A stretch of 64,000 bases of DNA, from the NCBI GenBank assembly GCA_045863235.1, contig BTUM01000001.1, positions 96,001 to 160,000 of the forward strand. Direction: 5' to 3'. Position 1 is the stretch's first letter; each line of letters opens with the position of its first letter. A program made the position numbers and the translations under genes. Positions 48,372-57,337 of this stretch are shown here, in pieces. The DNA comes from Candidatus Xenobia bacterium (GTDB taxonomy: Bacteria; Vulcanimicrobiota; Xenobia; Xenobiales; QWHO01). Below the pieces are notes generated by a model. The model saw only the letters and a list, made by a program, of their open reading frames with translations. It was not told the origin of the DNA and made no database searches.

Positions 48372-50048
48372 TCAGCGCTCGCGCCAGAGAATCACCCTCA
48401 GCCGATCCTCCAGGCTCAAGAACTCGTTGAGACGGAAGGACACCGTGGTATCCGCTCCGGCGGCGCTGGAGGCATCCACCCAGCCGTTGGAGCCCCCCGC
48501 CACGGGAAGGGGATCAGGGGGCATGGCCATCACCTCATAGAGGGGGGGGCTGCCCTGCAGGAAGGAGCGGATGACCCCCAGGCCCGGGCCGGGATCCGGC
48601 CCCAGCGTCAGCCAGTAGGCCTCGTACTCCAGGATGATGCTCTGCACGAAGCTCAGGTAGGCGGCTGGATTGGTCTTGTAGTTGAAGCGGACCGGTGGCT
48701 CGAGTTCGGGGTGACGATTGAGGTAGAAGACGGAGGGCCAGACCAGCACGTCCCCGGTGGGCACGCCGTCCACAAAGCGCGCCTCCAGGGTCATCATGGG
48801 CGAGGATCCGATCTGCAGGCTGCGGTTCCTGCCCACGTTGCGGCCTGGCACCTGGAACTCCACTTCGGTGTAGTCGCCCACCTGGATGCCGGCCGCGTCC
48901 TCCAGCTCGAGCGAGCCACCAGGTCCGGCCACGAAGGCTCCCAGCAGGCTCATCTCCTCGGCCTGGAAGGGCCCCTCGGTGTAGACCACTCCCTGGAAAG
49001 CCGAGCTGGAACGGCCACTGCCCTTGAGCGAGGCCCCCCGCCCGGCCAGCAGCACGGCTCGATTGCCCGGGTCCAGGGCGGCCCCCTCGCTCACGGTGAC
49101 CTTGCCGGTGGCCACCACCAGCCCGGTGCCCTGAATCGATCCCCGCACGGTCAGGTCTCCATTGACGTAGACCACTCCTCGCTCCAGCACCAGGTCTCCG
49201 CTCACGCTCAGGTCCTCGGAGGCACGGAAGTAGCCGCTGAGAGGAGCCGGGTCGACCAGCGGATCGGAGCGAGAGCCGCTGAGTATCTGCAGGTCGCTGC
49301 GTCCGAGCGGATCATAGTCGCCCAGTCGCACGTGAGGGACCGGAGCGAGCTCGGCCCCGGATTGCAGCTGGCCTCGAACCACCACGTCGGGGGCCGTCAC
49401 GATGCCGCCGGGCGAGCGCACGTTGCCGGTCACGGTGGTGCCCTGGCCCAGATCGATGGCTCGCTCCTGGGTGCTGTTCGAGGTGATGTGGCCGGGCTGG
49501 AGCTGGTCGGGATCGAGCTCGATCTGCTCGGGTGCCCCGCTCATCGCCCCCACCAGCAGCCGTTCCCCGGCCACCGGGCCTTCGGAGGCGATGGCGTAGG
49601 GGAAGGGAGGCACGAACAGCACGGCCTCCACGGTGCGCTGGGACCCCCGGCAGCGGCCCACGCCCACCAGGTGGATGGAGTGGGCCGGCACCAGGCGCTC
49701 GCCATTCTGGCGGGCCGACTCGGAACGGAAGTTGTTCAGCGAGCAGGGGATGCTCAAGAGCCCCGCCTGGCCGACATCGAAGGCCAGAACCCCTTCGGCC
49801 CCTGCCACCAGGCTGAGTTGCACGGGTGGAGAGCCGCTGACTTCTCCGAAGCTGGCGTCCGACTCCACCAGCCGGTCGATGGCCAGGGCGATGACGCTTT
49901 CGGCGTGCTCCAGGGCCAGCTGGCTGGCTTCCAGTCGCTGAGAGACGTTCAGATGGGCCATGCCGGTGCCGGCCAGAACCCAGGCCAGCGTCAGGGCCAG
50001 TCCCATGACGATCAAGACGGTGATCAGGCTGCTGGCCCGGCGCCTCAC
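48372..50048 (-). CDS. PilX/Tad-like protein with N-terminal hydrophobic helix and beta-helix-like repeats
   Basis: RRRASSLITVLIVMGL N-terminus; G.V.V.G.L repeats; lies in the pilin cluster. Confidence 0.65.
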   Translation of the reverse strand: MRRRASSLITVLIVMGLALTLAWVLAGTGMAHLNVSQRLEASQLALEHAESVIALAIDRLVESDASFGEVSGSPPVQLSLVAGAEGVLAFDVGQAGLLSIPCSLNNFRSESARQNGERLVPAHSIHLVGVGRCRGSQRTVEAVLFVPPFPYAIASEGPVAGERLLVGAMSGAPEQIELDPDQLQPGHITSNSTQERAIDLGQGTTVTGNVRSPGGIVTAPDVVVRGQLQSGAELAPVPHVRLGDYDPLGRSDLQILSGSRSDPLVDPAPLSGYFRASEDLSVSGDLVLERGVVYVNGDLTVRGSIQGTGLVVATGKVTVSEGAALDPGNRAVLLAGRGASLKGSGRSSSAFQGVVYTEGPFQAEEMSLLGAFVAGPGGSLELEDAAGIQVGDYTEVEFQVPGRNVGRNRSLQIGSSPMMTLEARFVDGVPTGDVLVWPSVFYLNRHPELEPPVRFNYKTNPAAYLSFVQSIILEYEAYWLTLGPDPGPGLGVIRSFLQGSPPLYEVMAMPPDPLPVAGGSNGWVDASSAAGADTTVSFRLNEFLSLEDRLRVILWRER

Positions 50049-51553
50049 AGGCTGGCCTCCAGCGCTCGCAAGCAGCTCTTCAGGTCGGGGTAGCGGTCTT
50101 CGGGCTGCTTGGCCAGCATCCGGGCCACCACCCGGCCGGCCTCGGGGCTCAGATCCGGCCGCAGGTCGGTGAGGAGAGGCGGCGGCTCTTGCAGGTGCTG
50201 CATGACCAGGGCCAGCGGATCGTCGCCCTGGAAGGGCAGCTGGCCGGTCAAGAGCTCGAAGGTCATCACTCCGAGCGAGTACTGGTCGCTGCGGGGATCG
50301 GTCTGAGAGATGCCCTTGACCTGCTCGGGTGGGATGTAAGCCGGCGTTCCGAAGATGGATCCGGTCAGGGTCACCGTCTGGAACTCCTGGGCCCGGGCCA
50401 GGCCGAAGTCGACCACCTTCACCTGCTTGCCCTCGGCCAGCAGGACGTTGTCGGGCTTCAGGTCGCGGTGCACGATGCCCTGGGAGTGGGCGTAGCCGAC
50501 CGCCTCAAACAAAGGCCGCAGGTAGTTCATTGCTTGCTCGGCCGGCAGCCCTCCGGGTTTGATGACACTGGCCAGGGTAGGGCCTTTGATCCACTCCATG
50601 GCTACGTAGAGCAGCCCGTCGTGCTCGCCATAGGCTTCCAGCAAGACGATGGCGGGATGGCGCAGGCGGGCCAGGATCTTGACCTCGCGCAGGAAGCGGA
50701 AGCGCAGCTCTTGACTGTGGCCCAGGGCCTCCCGGTCGATCACTTTGATGGCCCGGGCCTGGCTGCGGTCGGCGCTGCGAGTGGGCACGCCCAGGTAGAC
50801 GGTGGCCATGCCTCCGCGGCCCAGCCGTTCCACCAGAAAATAGGCCCCCAGCTGCTTGCCCACCCAGGGGTCGTCCTCGCGGCTGACCACCATGGAGGCC
50901 AGCCGCTCGAGCCGCTCGCGCTCGTGATAGGCTCGCTGACGGGCCGGCAGGATCAGACCGAAGAGGGCCGCCAGGGCGCTGGAGAGCACCACCAGACTGG
51001 TCAGGGGGTAGGCCCGAATCAGCTCGTAGATGGGCATGACCACGGGCCATCGGGGGGTCAGGGCGTGGCTGCCGCTGGTCGGCCAGCGCTCCACCCCGGG
51101 GGCGAGCGTGAACTCATGCGGTCGATAGCCAGGCCGGGTGAGCTTGACGCTGACCGGGGTCTGGGCGTTGGGCCAGAGCTCCAGGGGCACCGTGAAGGGC
51201 CCGGGAGTCAGGCCCAGGGGTTGCCCGGCCAGCTCGGCGCTGGCCCCCGGGGGGGAGGTGGCCAGGGTCAGTCGGATCAGCACGGGCTCCATCTCCAGCA
51301 CGCTCCCCGGCTCGGGCGGAAGGCGCAGCCCGGGGCCCAGCACGCCGCTCCATTCCAGGTCGCGATAGCCGAAGCGGCGCAGCCTCAGGTGCACCGGTCC
51401 TGGCTCGAGCAGCATCTTGTCGCCCCGTTGCTCCACTCGCTCCCAGCTACCGGCTCGCTCCAATTGGACCAGTCGGGGTAGCGGACGGCACGACAGGGAG
51501 TACTCGCGCAACTCGGCTCTCGCCGGCAGCCAGAGCAAGAGCAGCAAGAGCAT
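50045..51553 (-). CDS. Membrane Hanks-type Ser/Thr kinase with extracellular PEGA-like domain
   Basis: LGRGGMATVY, AIK, HRDLKPDN, DFGLA, GTPAY.PPEQ; one TM segment. Confidence 0.92.
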   Translation of the reverse strand: MLLLLLLWLPARAELREYSLSCRPLPRLVQLERAGSWERVEQRGDKMLLEPGPVHLRLRRFGYRDLEWSGVLGPGLRLPPEPGSVLEMEPVLIRLTLATSPPGASAELAGQPLGLTPGPFTVPLELWPNAQTPVSVKLTRPGYRPHEFTLAPGVERWPTSGSHALTPRWPVVMPIYELIRAYPLTSLVVLSSALAALFGLILPARQRAYHERERLERLASMVVSREDDPWVGKQLGAYFLVERLGRGGMATVYLGVPTRSADRSQARAIKVIDREALGHSQELRFRFLREVKILARLRHPAIVLLEAYGEHDGLLYVAMEWIKGPTLASVIKPGGLPAEQAMNYLRPLFEAVGYAHSQGIVHRDLKPDNVLLAEGKQVKVVDFGLARAQEFQTVTLTGSIFGTPAYIPPEQVKGISQTDPRSDQYSLGVMTFELLTGQLPFQGDDPLALVMQHLQEPPPLLTDLRPDLSPEAGRVVARMLAKQPEDRYPDLKSCLRALEASL

Positions 51554-51554
51554 T

Positions 51555-52157
51555 CTACAGACCACTTCGAGGCCACACTGCGCGATGGACCGTCACGCGG
51601 TCGATCCGTCGGTTCAAAGTCAGGCTCAGCATCAGGCAGTCGCCCTCCTGGGTGAAGGCCAGCGTCTCCACGTCCCGAGCCAGCCAGCGCGACTGGGCAG
51701 CAGGCGTGTTGGCCACCTGGGCCAGCTCCGCCGCACCCAGCCTCAGCGGAGCGCCCCCGCCGGGCAGGGGAATTCCGAGCGAAGGGGGCTCGGGCGGCCA
51801 CTGGCGACGAACCAGTCGGTCGTCGAGCTGGGCATAGACGATCACGAAGCTCTCCCAGGCCCGCTGGCCAGTGGCCAGCACGGTGTCCTGGCGCATCAGG
51901 CCCAGAGCCGCCGGCCGCTCGGTGCGCAGGCTCCAGGCGCCCGGTGCGCTGCGATAGAGGTCCCGGGCCATCGCCTCCAGGGCGGTGGTGGCCTCCAACT
52001 GGAGCTGGGCTCGGGTGCTTCCCCGCAGCTGGGCGCGCATGGTGGGCACCAGAAAGGCGTAAACCAGGCCCATGACCAGCAAGGAGAGGGCACCGGCCAC
52101 CATGATCTCGACCAGGGTAAAGCCCTTACGGTCGCACTTTGGAGACATAGACCGCAT
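51555..52157 (-). CDS. Type IV pilin/pseudopilin-like protein (PilW/PulJ-like)
   Basis: KG|FTLVEIM class III signal peptide. Confidence 0.82.
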   Translation of the reverse strand: MRSMSPKCDRKGFTLVEIMVAGALSLLVMGLVYAFLVPTMRAQLRGSTRAQLQLEATTALEAMARDLYRSAPGAWSLRTERPAALGLMRQDTVLATGQRAWESFVIVYAQLDDRLVRRQWPPEPPSLGIPLPGGGAPLRLGAAELAQVANTPAAQSRWLARDVETLAFTQEGDCLMLSLTLNRRIDRVTVHRAVWPRSGL

Positions 52158-52503
52158 GCTCGGTTTGGTAAGTCTTCTGGCGTACTGTCCACTCCACGAT
52201 GGAACGAAGCTCGACCAGGCGGGAAGACACCTGGCGAATGGTTAGTTTGCGCTTGAACTCGACCTGCCCGGCTCCTGAAACGGATGGAAGAATCGTCTCC
52301 CCCGCGGCCAGAGCGGCGAAGGGTCGGGCCCGAAACTCCTCCAGGGCCGCCCGGGCCAGCTCTGTCGCCTCCAGCTGGTTTTCTCCACGGCGAATGGCCA
52401 GCAAAGACGTGGGGTAGAGCTGGAACAGGAACGGCACCACGAGCCCCAGGAGGGCCGCGGCCAGGAGTACCTCGACCAGGGACAGGCCTCGTGACTGTAC
52501 CAT
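52126..52503 (-). CDS. Type IV minor pilin-like protein (PilV/PulI-like)
   Basis: RG|LSLVEVL class III signal peptide. Confidence 0.8.
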   Translation of the reverse strand: MVQSRGLSLVEVLLAAALLGLVVPFLFQLYPTSLLAIRRGENQLEATELARAALEEFRARPFAALAAGETILPSVSGAGQVEFKRKLTIRQVSSRLVELRSIVEWTVRQKTYQTEHAVYVSKVRP

Positions 52504-52656
52504 ATGTTCTATTTTAGGGGATGGTTGATTCGGAGGCAAGCCAGGCAAGGTGGATTTGTGAACTTGGTGTTAACCATGTAAACGATTCCCGAAGATTCTT
52601 GACCGGATCGGAAACCGGCGTGAAAGTGGGGTAGACTTAATTGAGGTGCTTGACTG

Positions 52657-55602
52657 ATGGATGCAGGGATCCCGGCTCCCAACGTGCAGATGCCCCAGCA
52701 GGTCTCGGGCCAGTTCGACCAGGCCGAGTCCAAGCTGCAGAAGGCGAGGAAGAATCGCAAGGCTCGCAAGAAGATCAAGCAGGAGCACTTCGATTCCATC
52801 CGCGGCGGGAAGGCCCAGTCGGTGCCGGCTGCCAACAAGGCCGTTGGTGAGCAGCGCGGGGCCCACGATACGTTCAGCAAGACCCCGGAAGCCCAGCAAG
52901 CGATGAAGGGTGGGGGCAACTGGAAGGCCGACATGGGCAAGTCGGTGGCGGGCGGCACCGCCAGCGCGGCTGCCGGAGGCGGGGCCTACGCGGCGCCCAG
53001 CATCCCCACCGGCGGGGGCATCGGCAACGTCGCTTCGATGACCGACGCGGACTCCTTGATGGGGGCCCTGACGGGGGCTCAGGGGAACCAGGGTCAGCTG
53101 CAGCAGGCGCTGCAGCGCATCGGTGAGGACCATAAGGGTCAGGTGGACTTCAACCAGAAGACGAACCAGGCCATGCAGGGCTTTGCCAAGGCCGAGCAGG
53201 CTTTCGGCGTGAAGGAGAAGCTGTTTAAGGTCCAGGAAGGCATGTTCAAAGGCATTGCCAAGACCTTGCAGATGGTCGGGAAGGCCCTCAACATGGCCGC
53301 CCAGGCCCTGGAGACGGCCGCCCAGGCGGTGGATGCAGCCGCCCAGGCCGTGGCCGCCATCCCGTTCGTTGGTCCTGCCCTGTCAGCCGTCCTGAAGGCC
53401 GTGGCCATGATGCTGCGCGGCATCGGCAAGATGCTCAAGGGCATCGCCCAGATGATGGAAAAGATGGGCCAGAAGATGGACCAGCTGGGCCAGCAGATGG
53501 CTCAGAAGGCCGAGCAGATGAAGGCCAGCAAGCTGGCTCAGCAGGCCAAGAAGATGGCCGAGAAGGCCAAGCTCGATGAAGGCATGCGCCGCCTGCAGCA
53601 GATTGGCGATGCCCGCTCCAAAGTTTCGGGAGCCCTGCAGACCAACGTCAGTGATCAGGTCAACATCGTACAGCGGCTCAACGAGCTCGGCCGCAAGGCC
53701 CAGGTGGGCGCGGGTCAGGGCAACCAGATGCAGAACCAGGCCATGAACCAGGCGATGATGGCCGCCATGCAGGCTCAGCAGATGCAGCAGATGCAGAAGA
53801 TGGGCCAGATGGTGCAGGGAGCCAATGCCGCTCCGGGCCAGGTGGCCAATCAGGGTCGCGGGGCCAACTTGCTGCCCGCCGTGGGAGCCGGTGTCGTGGC
53901 AGCAGGCACGGTGGCCGCGCTCAATTCGGGCGCCTTCACCGGTGGCGGTGGTGGCGGCGGCAATTTCGGCGGTGGCGGTCAGCAGCAGGCATTCTTCAGC
54001 GCTCCCACGCCTCGGGCTGAGGTCGGGGGCGGCTCGCCCGGCGGAGCCGGGACGGCTATGCCGGTCAGCTTCAGCGGCGGAGGCGGCGGAGGCGGCGTGA
54101 CTGCCGGCGGCGGCGGTGGCGGCGGCATCACGGCTGGCGGTGGCGGCGTCACGGCTGGCGGCGGTGGCGGTGGTCGCGGTGGCAACGTGAGCACCGGCCC
54201 GGTGGGCGGTGGCGGCGATGCCGGTGGAGCCGTGGATGTTCCCAGCGTGGATATGAACGTCAGCGTGCCTGATGTGCCGTCGCTGCCTTCGGTGCCCACT
54301 CTGGAAGCGCCGCAGGCCGTTCCGGCGGCTCCGGCGCCCGAGATCCAGATGGCCTCGCTGGCAGCTCCCGCGCCGGCGCCTCAGGCTGAGGCTGCCCCGG
54401 TGGCCGACCAGGGACGCAACCAGGATGCCGGCAACGCCGGGACGGCGGGCAAGGCTGCCGGCGATGGGACTGGCAACGCCGGGACGGCTGGCAAGGCTGC
54501 CGGCGAGGGTGGCGATGGCAAGCCCGCTGCCACGGCGGCTGGCGAGCGGCAGGGTGAGACCCGCGCTCAAGGCCAGGGGGATGAGAAGAAGCCCGGCGAG
54601 GGCGAGAAGAAGCCTGGAGAGGGCCAGCGAGCCGAGGATCGCGACAAGAAGGCCGAGGATCGCGACAAGAAGGCCGAGGATCGCGACAAGAAGGCCGAGG
54701 ACAAGGACAAGAAGGCCGAGGACAAGGACAAGAAGGCTGAGGACAAGGACAAGAAGGCCGGAGACAAGGACAAGAAGGCCGAGGAGGACAAGAAGAAGGC
54801 TCAGGAGCGCCGCAATCAGCAGGCCCAGCAGCAGCGCAAGAACCAGGCCAACAACGCCAACAACCGCCAGCAGCAGCAGGCCAACCCCAACCAGGGCAAG
54901 TCGGGTCAGGGTGGAGCCAGCGAGGTGCGCCTGGCGGCCGAAGACCAGCTGCGCTCGCTGTCCGACGAAGTTTTCGCTCTGCGGGGCGACGATCCGGGCC
55001 AGCCGACCTCCACGGGTGGACGGCGGGGCGGCGGTGTCGGCGGCGGACTGACCCTGGGAGGCGGATTGGCAGCGGCAGCGCCCGCCCTGGGCGCTACCGG
55101 AGCCCCCAATGTGGGCGCCACACCCGGCGTTCCGATGGCCCCAGCGCCCGGACTGCCTCCCGTGGGAGCGATGGCCGACGCCGGCCAGGACAAGAAGAAG
55201 GAAGGCGGCAAGCAGCTCACTCCCGAGCAGCAAGCCCAGCTTGCCAGCCGCCAGCAGGCTCTGGCCTCGGCCTACACCGATATCGCCGCACGCGGCGTCG
55301 AGATCGAAGGTGGCGTCGAGGGCCGGGCCATGGCCGCCCTGACGGGCAGCTCCTACCAGCCCAACGCGCGCATCAAGATCGCCAAGGATGAAGGCGGCGG
55401 ACCAGGCGAGGGAGCTGGTGGACCAGGTGGCAAGGGCGCCCAGGGTCAGGACGGGATGATGGCCAAACTCCAGCAGCAGCAGATGGGTCTGCCCGGCCAG
55501 GAGGGCGGCCTGCCCGGACAGGGCGGCATGCTGGCTGATGCAGGAGGCGCCTCCATGCCCGGCAACGAATTGCCGCCTCAGCCCATCGACACCGTGGCCT
55601 GA
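52657..55602 (+). CDS. Large low-complexity protein with amphipathic/hydrophobic hairpin
   Basis: 981-aa ORF with strong codon bias; Q/M/K-rich helices, AIPFVGPAL hairpin, poly-Gly, AED(R/K)DKK repeats. Confidence 0.8.
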   Translation: MDAGIPAPNVQMPQQVSGQFDQAESKLQKARKNRKARKKIKQEHFDSIRGGKAQSVPAANKAVGEQRGAHDTFSKTPEAQQAMKGGGNWKADMGKSVAGGTASAAAGGGAYAAPSIPTGGGIGNVASMTDADSLMGALTGAQGNQGQLQQALQRIGEDHKGQVDFNQKTNQAMQGFAKAEQAFGVKEKLFKVQEGMFKGIAKTLQMVGKALNMAAQALETAAQAVDAAAQAVAAIPFVGPALSAVLKAVAMMLRGIGKMLKGIAQMMEKMGQKMDQLGQQMAQKAEQMKASKLAQQAKKMAEKAKLDEGMRRLQQIGDARSKVSGALQTNVSDQVNIVQRLNELGRKAQVGAGQGNQMQNQAMNQAMMAAMQAQQMQQMQKMGQMVQGANAAPGQVANQGRGANLLPAVGAGVVAAGTVAALNSGAFTGGGGGGGNFGGGGQQQAFFSAPTPRAEVGGGSPGGAGTAMPVSFSGGGGGGGVTAGGGGGGGITAGGGGVTAGGGGGGRGGNVSTGPVGGGGDAGGAVDVPSVDMNVSVPDVPSLPSVPTLEAPQAVPAAPAPEIQMASLAAPAPAPQAEAAPVADQGRNQDAGNAGTAGKAAGDGTGNAGTAGKAAGEGGDGKPAATAAGERQGETRAQGQGDEKKPGEGEKKPGEGQRAEDRDKKAEDRDKKAEDRDKKAEDKDKKAEDKDKKAEDKDKKAGDKDKKAEEDKKKAQERRNQQAQQQRKNQANNANNRQQQQANPNQGKSGQGGASEVRLAAEDQLRSLSDEVFALRGDDPGQPTSTGGRRGGGVGGGLTLGGGLAAAAPALGATGAPNVGATPGVPMAPAPGLPPVGAMADAGQDKKKEGGKQLTPEQQAQLASRQQALASAYTDIAARGVEIEGGVEGRAMAALTGSSYQPNARIKIAKDEGGGPGEGAGGPGGKGAQGQDGMMAKLQQQQMGLPGQEGGLPGQGGMLADAGGASMPGNELPPQPIDTVA
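54631..54797 (+). repeat. 21-nt coding tandem repeat, AED(R/K)DKK x7 plus a partial copy
   Basis: GCCGAGGATCGCGACAAGAAG x3, then GCCGAGGACAAGGACAAGAAG variants. Confidence 0.92.
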
Positions 55603-55649
55603 TCTCGGGCCCGCTGGCTACGGCGGGCACTTGAGGAGGAGGCGCGTCC

Positions 55650-56291
55650 GTGTCGGTCGAGAGCGAAGAGCAGCCGGTCGAAGAGCCGATCCATCCAGAC
55701 TTCCAGGCACCGATTCGCCTCTTGCGAGATGCCAGCGCCGGGCTGCTTGATCGTCGCTCTCCTATCTCCAAGGAGCGGGTGGAGGGTCTGTACCGACATC
55801 TGGCGGGAGCTGTCGGCCAGATTCTCGAGAGCGCCCGCAAGCAGCTCAACGAGGGCCTGGATCAGTTTCGGGAGGCCAATCCCGAGGCTGTGGGCGAAGA
55901 GTTCGAGCAGGTGCTGGAGATCTTCCGCGAGGGTCAGGAGCGCATCGACGATGGCATGCGCTTGATGGCCCAGACCTTCTTCGCCTCCACCGACCTGGCC
56001 AGCCTGGAAGCGAATGCCGGGGCCTTGAGCCTGGCCGAGAGCCACATCCAGGACGGCCTGGACCGGATGGAGTCGGCCCTGGCCCTGACCGAGGACCCCA
56101 CCATTCTGGGCCAGCCCGGCCCGGTGACCGCGGCCGAGGTGCCCACCGCATTGGACTCGCTGGGCAACTGCCTCGATCAGCTCACCGTCTATCTCGAGAA
56201 AGGCCAGCGCGAGCAACTCGAGGAGGCCATGGTCCACCTCGATCAGGCCCGGGGGCTGCTGCTGCGGGCGCTGGCCCAGAGCGAGGGCTGA
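55650..56291 (+). CDS. Acidic all-helical hypothetical protein
   Basis: SD GAGGAGG before GTG; helical-bundle pattern. Confidence 0.72.
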   Translation: MSVESEEQPVEEPIHPDFQAPIRLLRDASAGLLDRRSPISKERVEGLYRHLAGAVGQILESARKQLNEGLDQFREANPEAVGEEFEQVLEIFREGQERIDDGMRLMAQTFFASTDLASLEANAGALSLAESHIQDGLDRMESALALTEDPTILGQPGPVTAAEVPTALDSLGNCLDQLTVYLEKGQREQLEEAMVHLDQARGLLLRALAQSEG

Positions 56292-56389
56292 GCCGTCGGG
56301 CGTTTAGCCCCTTTCCGCTCGCTCAGCTTCGGACCTCGTGGCTGGTGCATCCAGACCTGGCTCTCACGCTCATTGCCACACTGTGCGGT

Positions 56390-56464
56390 GGTACCGGGAA
56401 ATTCCCCGGTACCGGGCTGCTACCGGGGTATACGCCGGAATGAGGGCGGTACCGGGGAATTTCC
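56390..56464. repeat. GGTACCGGG palindromic repeat cluster
   Basis: GGTACCGGGAAATTCCCCGGTACC (56390-56413) and a 17-nt inverted copy at 56448-56464. Confidence 0.7.
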
Positions 56465-56544
56465 GCGTAATCGAGGCCCCAGGTGGACGAAAAGCCCAGC
56501 ATCAGCGCTGAGATGCACCTGGGCTGGGGTCGGTTGTTCCAATC

Positions 56545-56730
56545 TCACAAGTCCTGCTGCGGTTGGGCGTCAGCCCGACCTCCCATCAGTCGCTCGAGCA
56601 GTGCGCGGACCTGTCTGCGCGGCTCGCTCAGCTCGTCTTCCACCTCCCGGCGCAACGCTTCGATGGCAGGCGAAAGCGAGGCGTTGGCGTTGTGGGCCTG
56701 CCAGAGCTGAATCGGTTCTGCTTCCTTCAT
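56545..56730 (-). CDS. Possible small helical protein
   Basis: 61-aa ORF MKEAEPIQLW...; weak SD spacing. Confidence 0.3.
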   Translation of the reverse strand: MKEAEPIQLWQAHNANASLSPAIEALRREVEDELSEPRRQVRALLERLMGGRADAQPQQDL

Positions 56731-56796
56731 TCCCTCAGCATAGCGAATCCAGTTTGGACGAATGCTTGGACGCGTTCCCCGCATTGTGAACAAGGC

Positions 56797-56824
56797 TTGA
56801 CACCGCAGGGCCGTCTGCTATAAT
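56797..56824 (+). promoter_or_regulatory. Consensus sigma70 promoter of the tRNA operon
   Basis: TTGACA-N16-TATAAT with extended -10 TG. Confidence 0.9.
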
Positions 56825-56837
56825 CATCCCTGTCCTC

Positions 56838-56912
56838 GGGCGGATAGCTCAACGGCAGAGCACCTGCGTCACATGCAGGGGGTTGGAGGTTCAAATCCTC
56901 TTCCGCCCACCA
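56838..56912 (+). tRNA. trnV: tRNA-Val(CAC)
   Basis: Cloverleaf; anticodon arm CCTGC-GTCACAT-GCAGG; TTCAAAT T-loop; encoded CCA. Confidence 0.92.
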
Positions 56913-56930
56913 GACGGTAAGACATAGCAC

Positions 56931-57007
56931 GGGGGCGTGGCCTAGCGGTTCAAGGCGCCGGCCTGTCACGTCGGAGATCGCGGGTTCAAATCCCGTCGCT
57001 CCCGCCA
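56931..57007 (+). tRNA. trnD: tRNA-Asp(GTC)
   Basis: Cloverleaf; loop CTGTCAC; GCCA end. Confidence 0.95.
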
Positions 57008-57089
57008 AGCTAGGGGGGGAAAGCCGGGAAACTCTGGTTCGCAGGGTTTCCCGGTTTGCCGTCAGGTGAGGGTTCAACCCCTCCCAGAC

Positions 57090-57165
57090 GCCGAGGTAGC
57101 TCAGTTGGTAGAGCATGCGACTGAAAATCGCAGTGTCGCCAGTTCAATTCTGGCCCTCGGCACCA
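57090..57165 (+). tRNA. trnF: tRNA-Phe(GAA)
   Basis: Cloverleaf; loop CTGAAAA; ACCA end. Confidence 0.96.
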
Positions 57166-57170
57166 ACGAT

Positions 57171-57200
57171 AAGCCCGCTCCAGAGCGGGCTTTCGTATTT
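57171..57200 (+). terminator. Intrinsic terminator after the tRNA operon
   Basis: AAGCCCGCT-CCAG-AGCGGGCTT followed by a T-rich tail. Confidence 0.75.
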
Positions 57201-57292
57201 GTCGGGCAAAGTCCGAACTTGAATGGCTTGTCCACTTTTCGGGGGTTGGTGGCGGTTGTTATTACCACGAAATTACCACCCCCAGCATGCCG

Positions 57293-57327
57293 GCACTGGG
57301 GGGCGACAAGCACTGGGGGGCGACAAG
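57293..57327 (+). repeat. Tandem 17-bp direct repeat
   Basis: GCACTGGGGGGCGACAA x2. Confidence 0.85.
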
Positions 57328-57337
57328 ACCATGGACT

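Noticed and set aside
54631..54797. CRISPR-like periodicity
   Set aside because: Spacer-less in-frame coding tandem repeat.
53383..55233. 616-aa minus-strand ORF with LLVLVLG repeats
   Set aside because: Mirror of the plus-strand repeat protein; codon bias favours the plus strand.
57008..57089. Possible extra tRNA between tRNA-Asp and tRNA-Phe (long hairpin plus GAGGGTTCAACCCCTC)
   Set aside because: No D-arm, anticodon arm or CCA; treated as spacer or processing structure.
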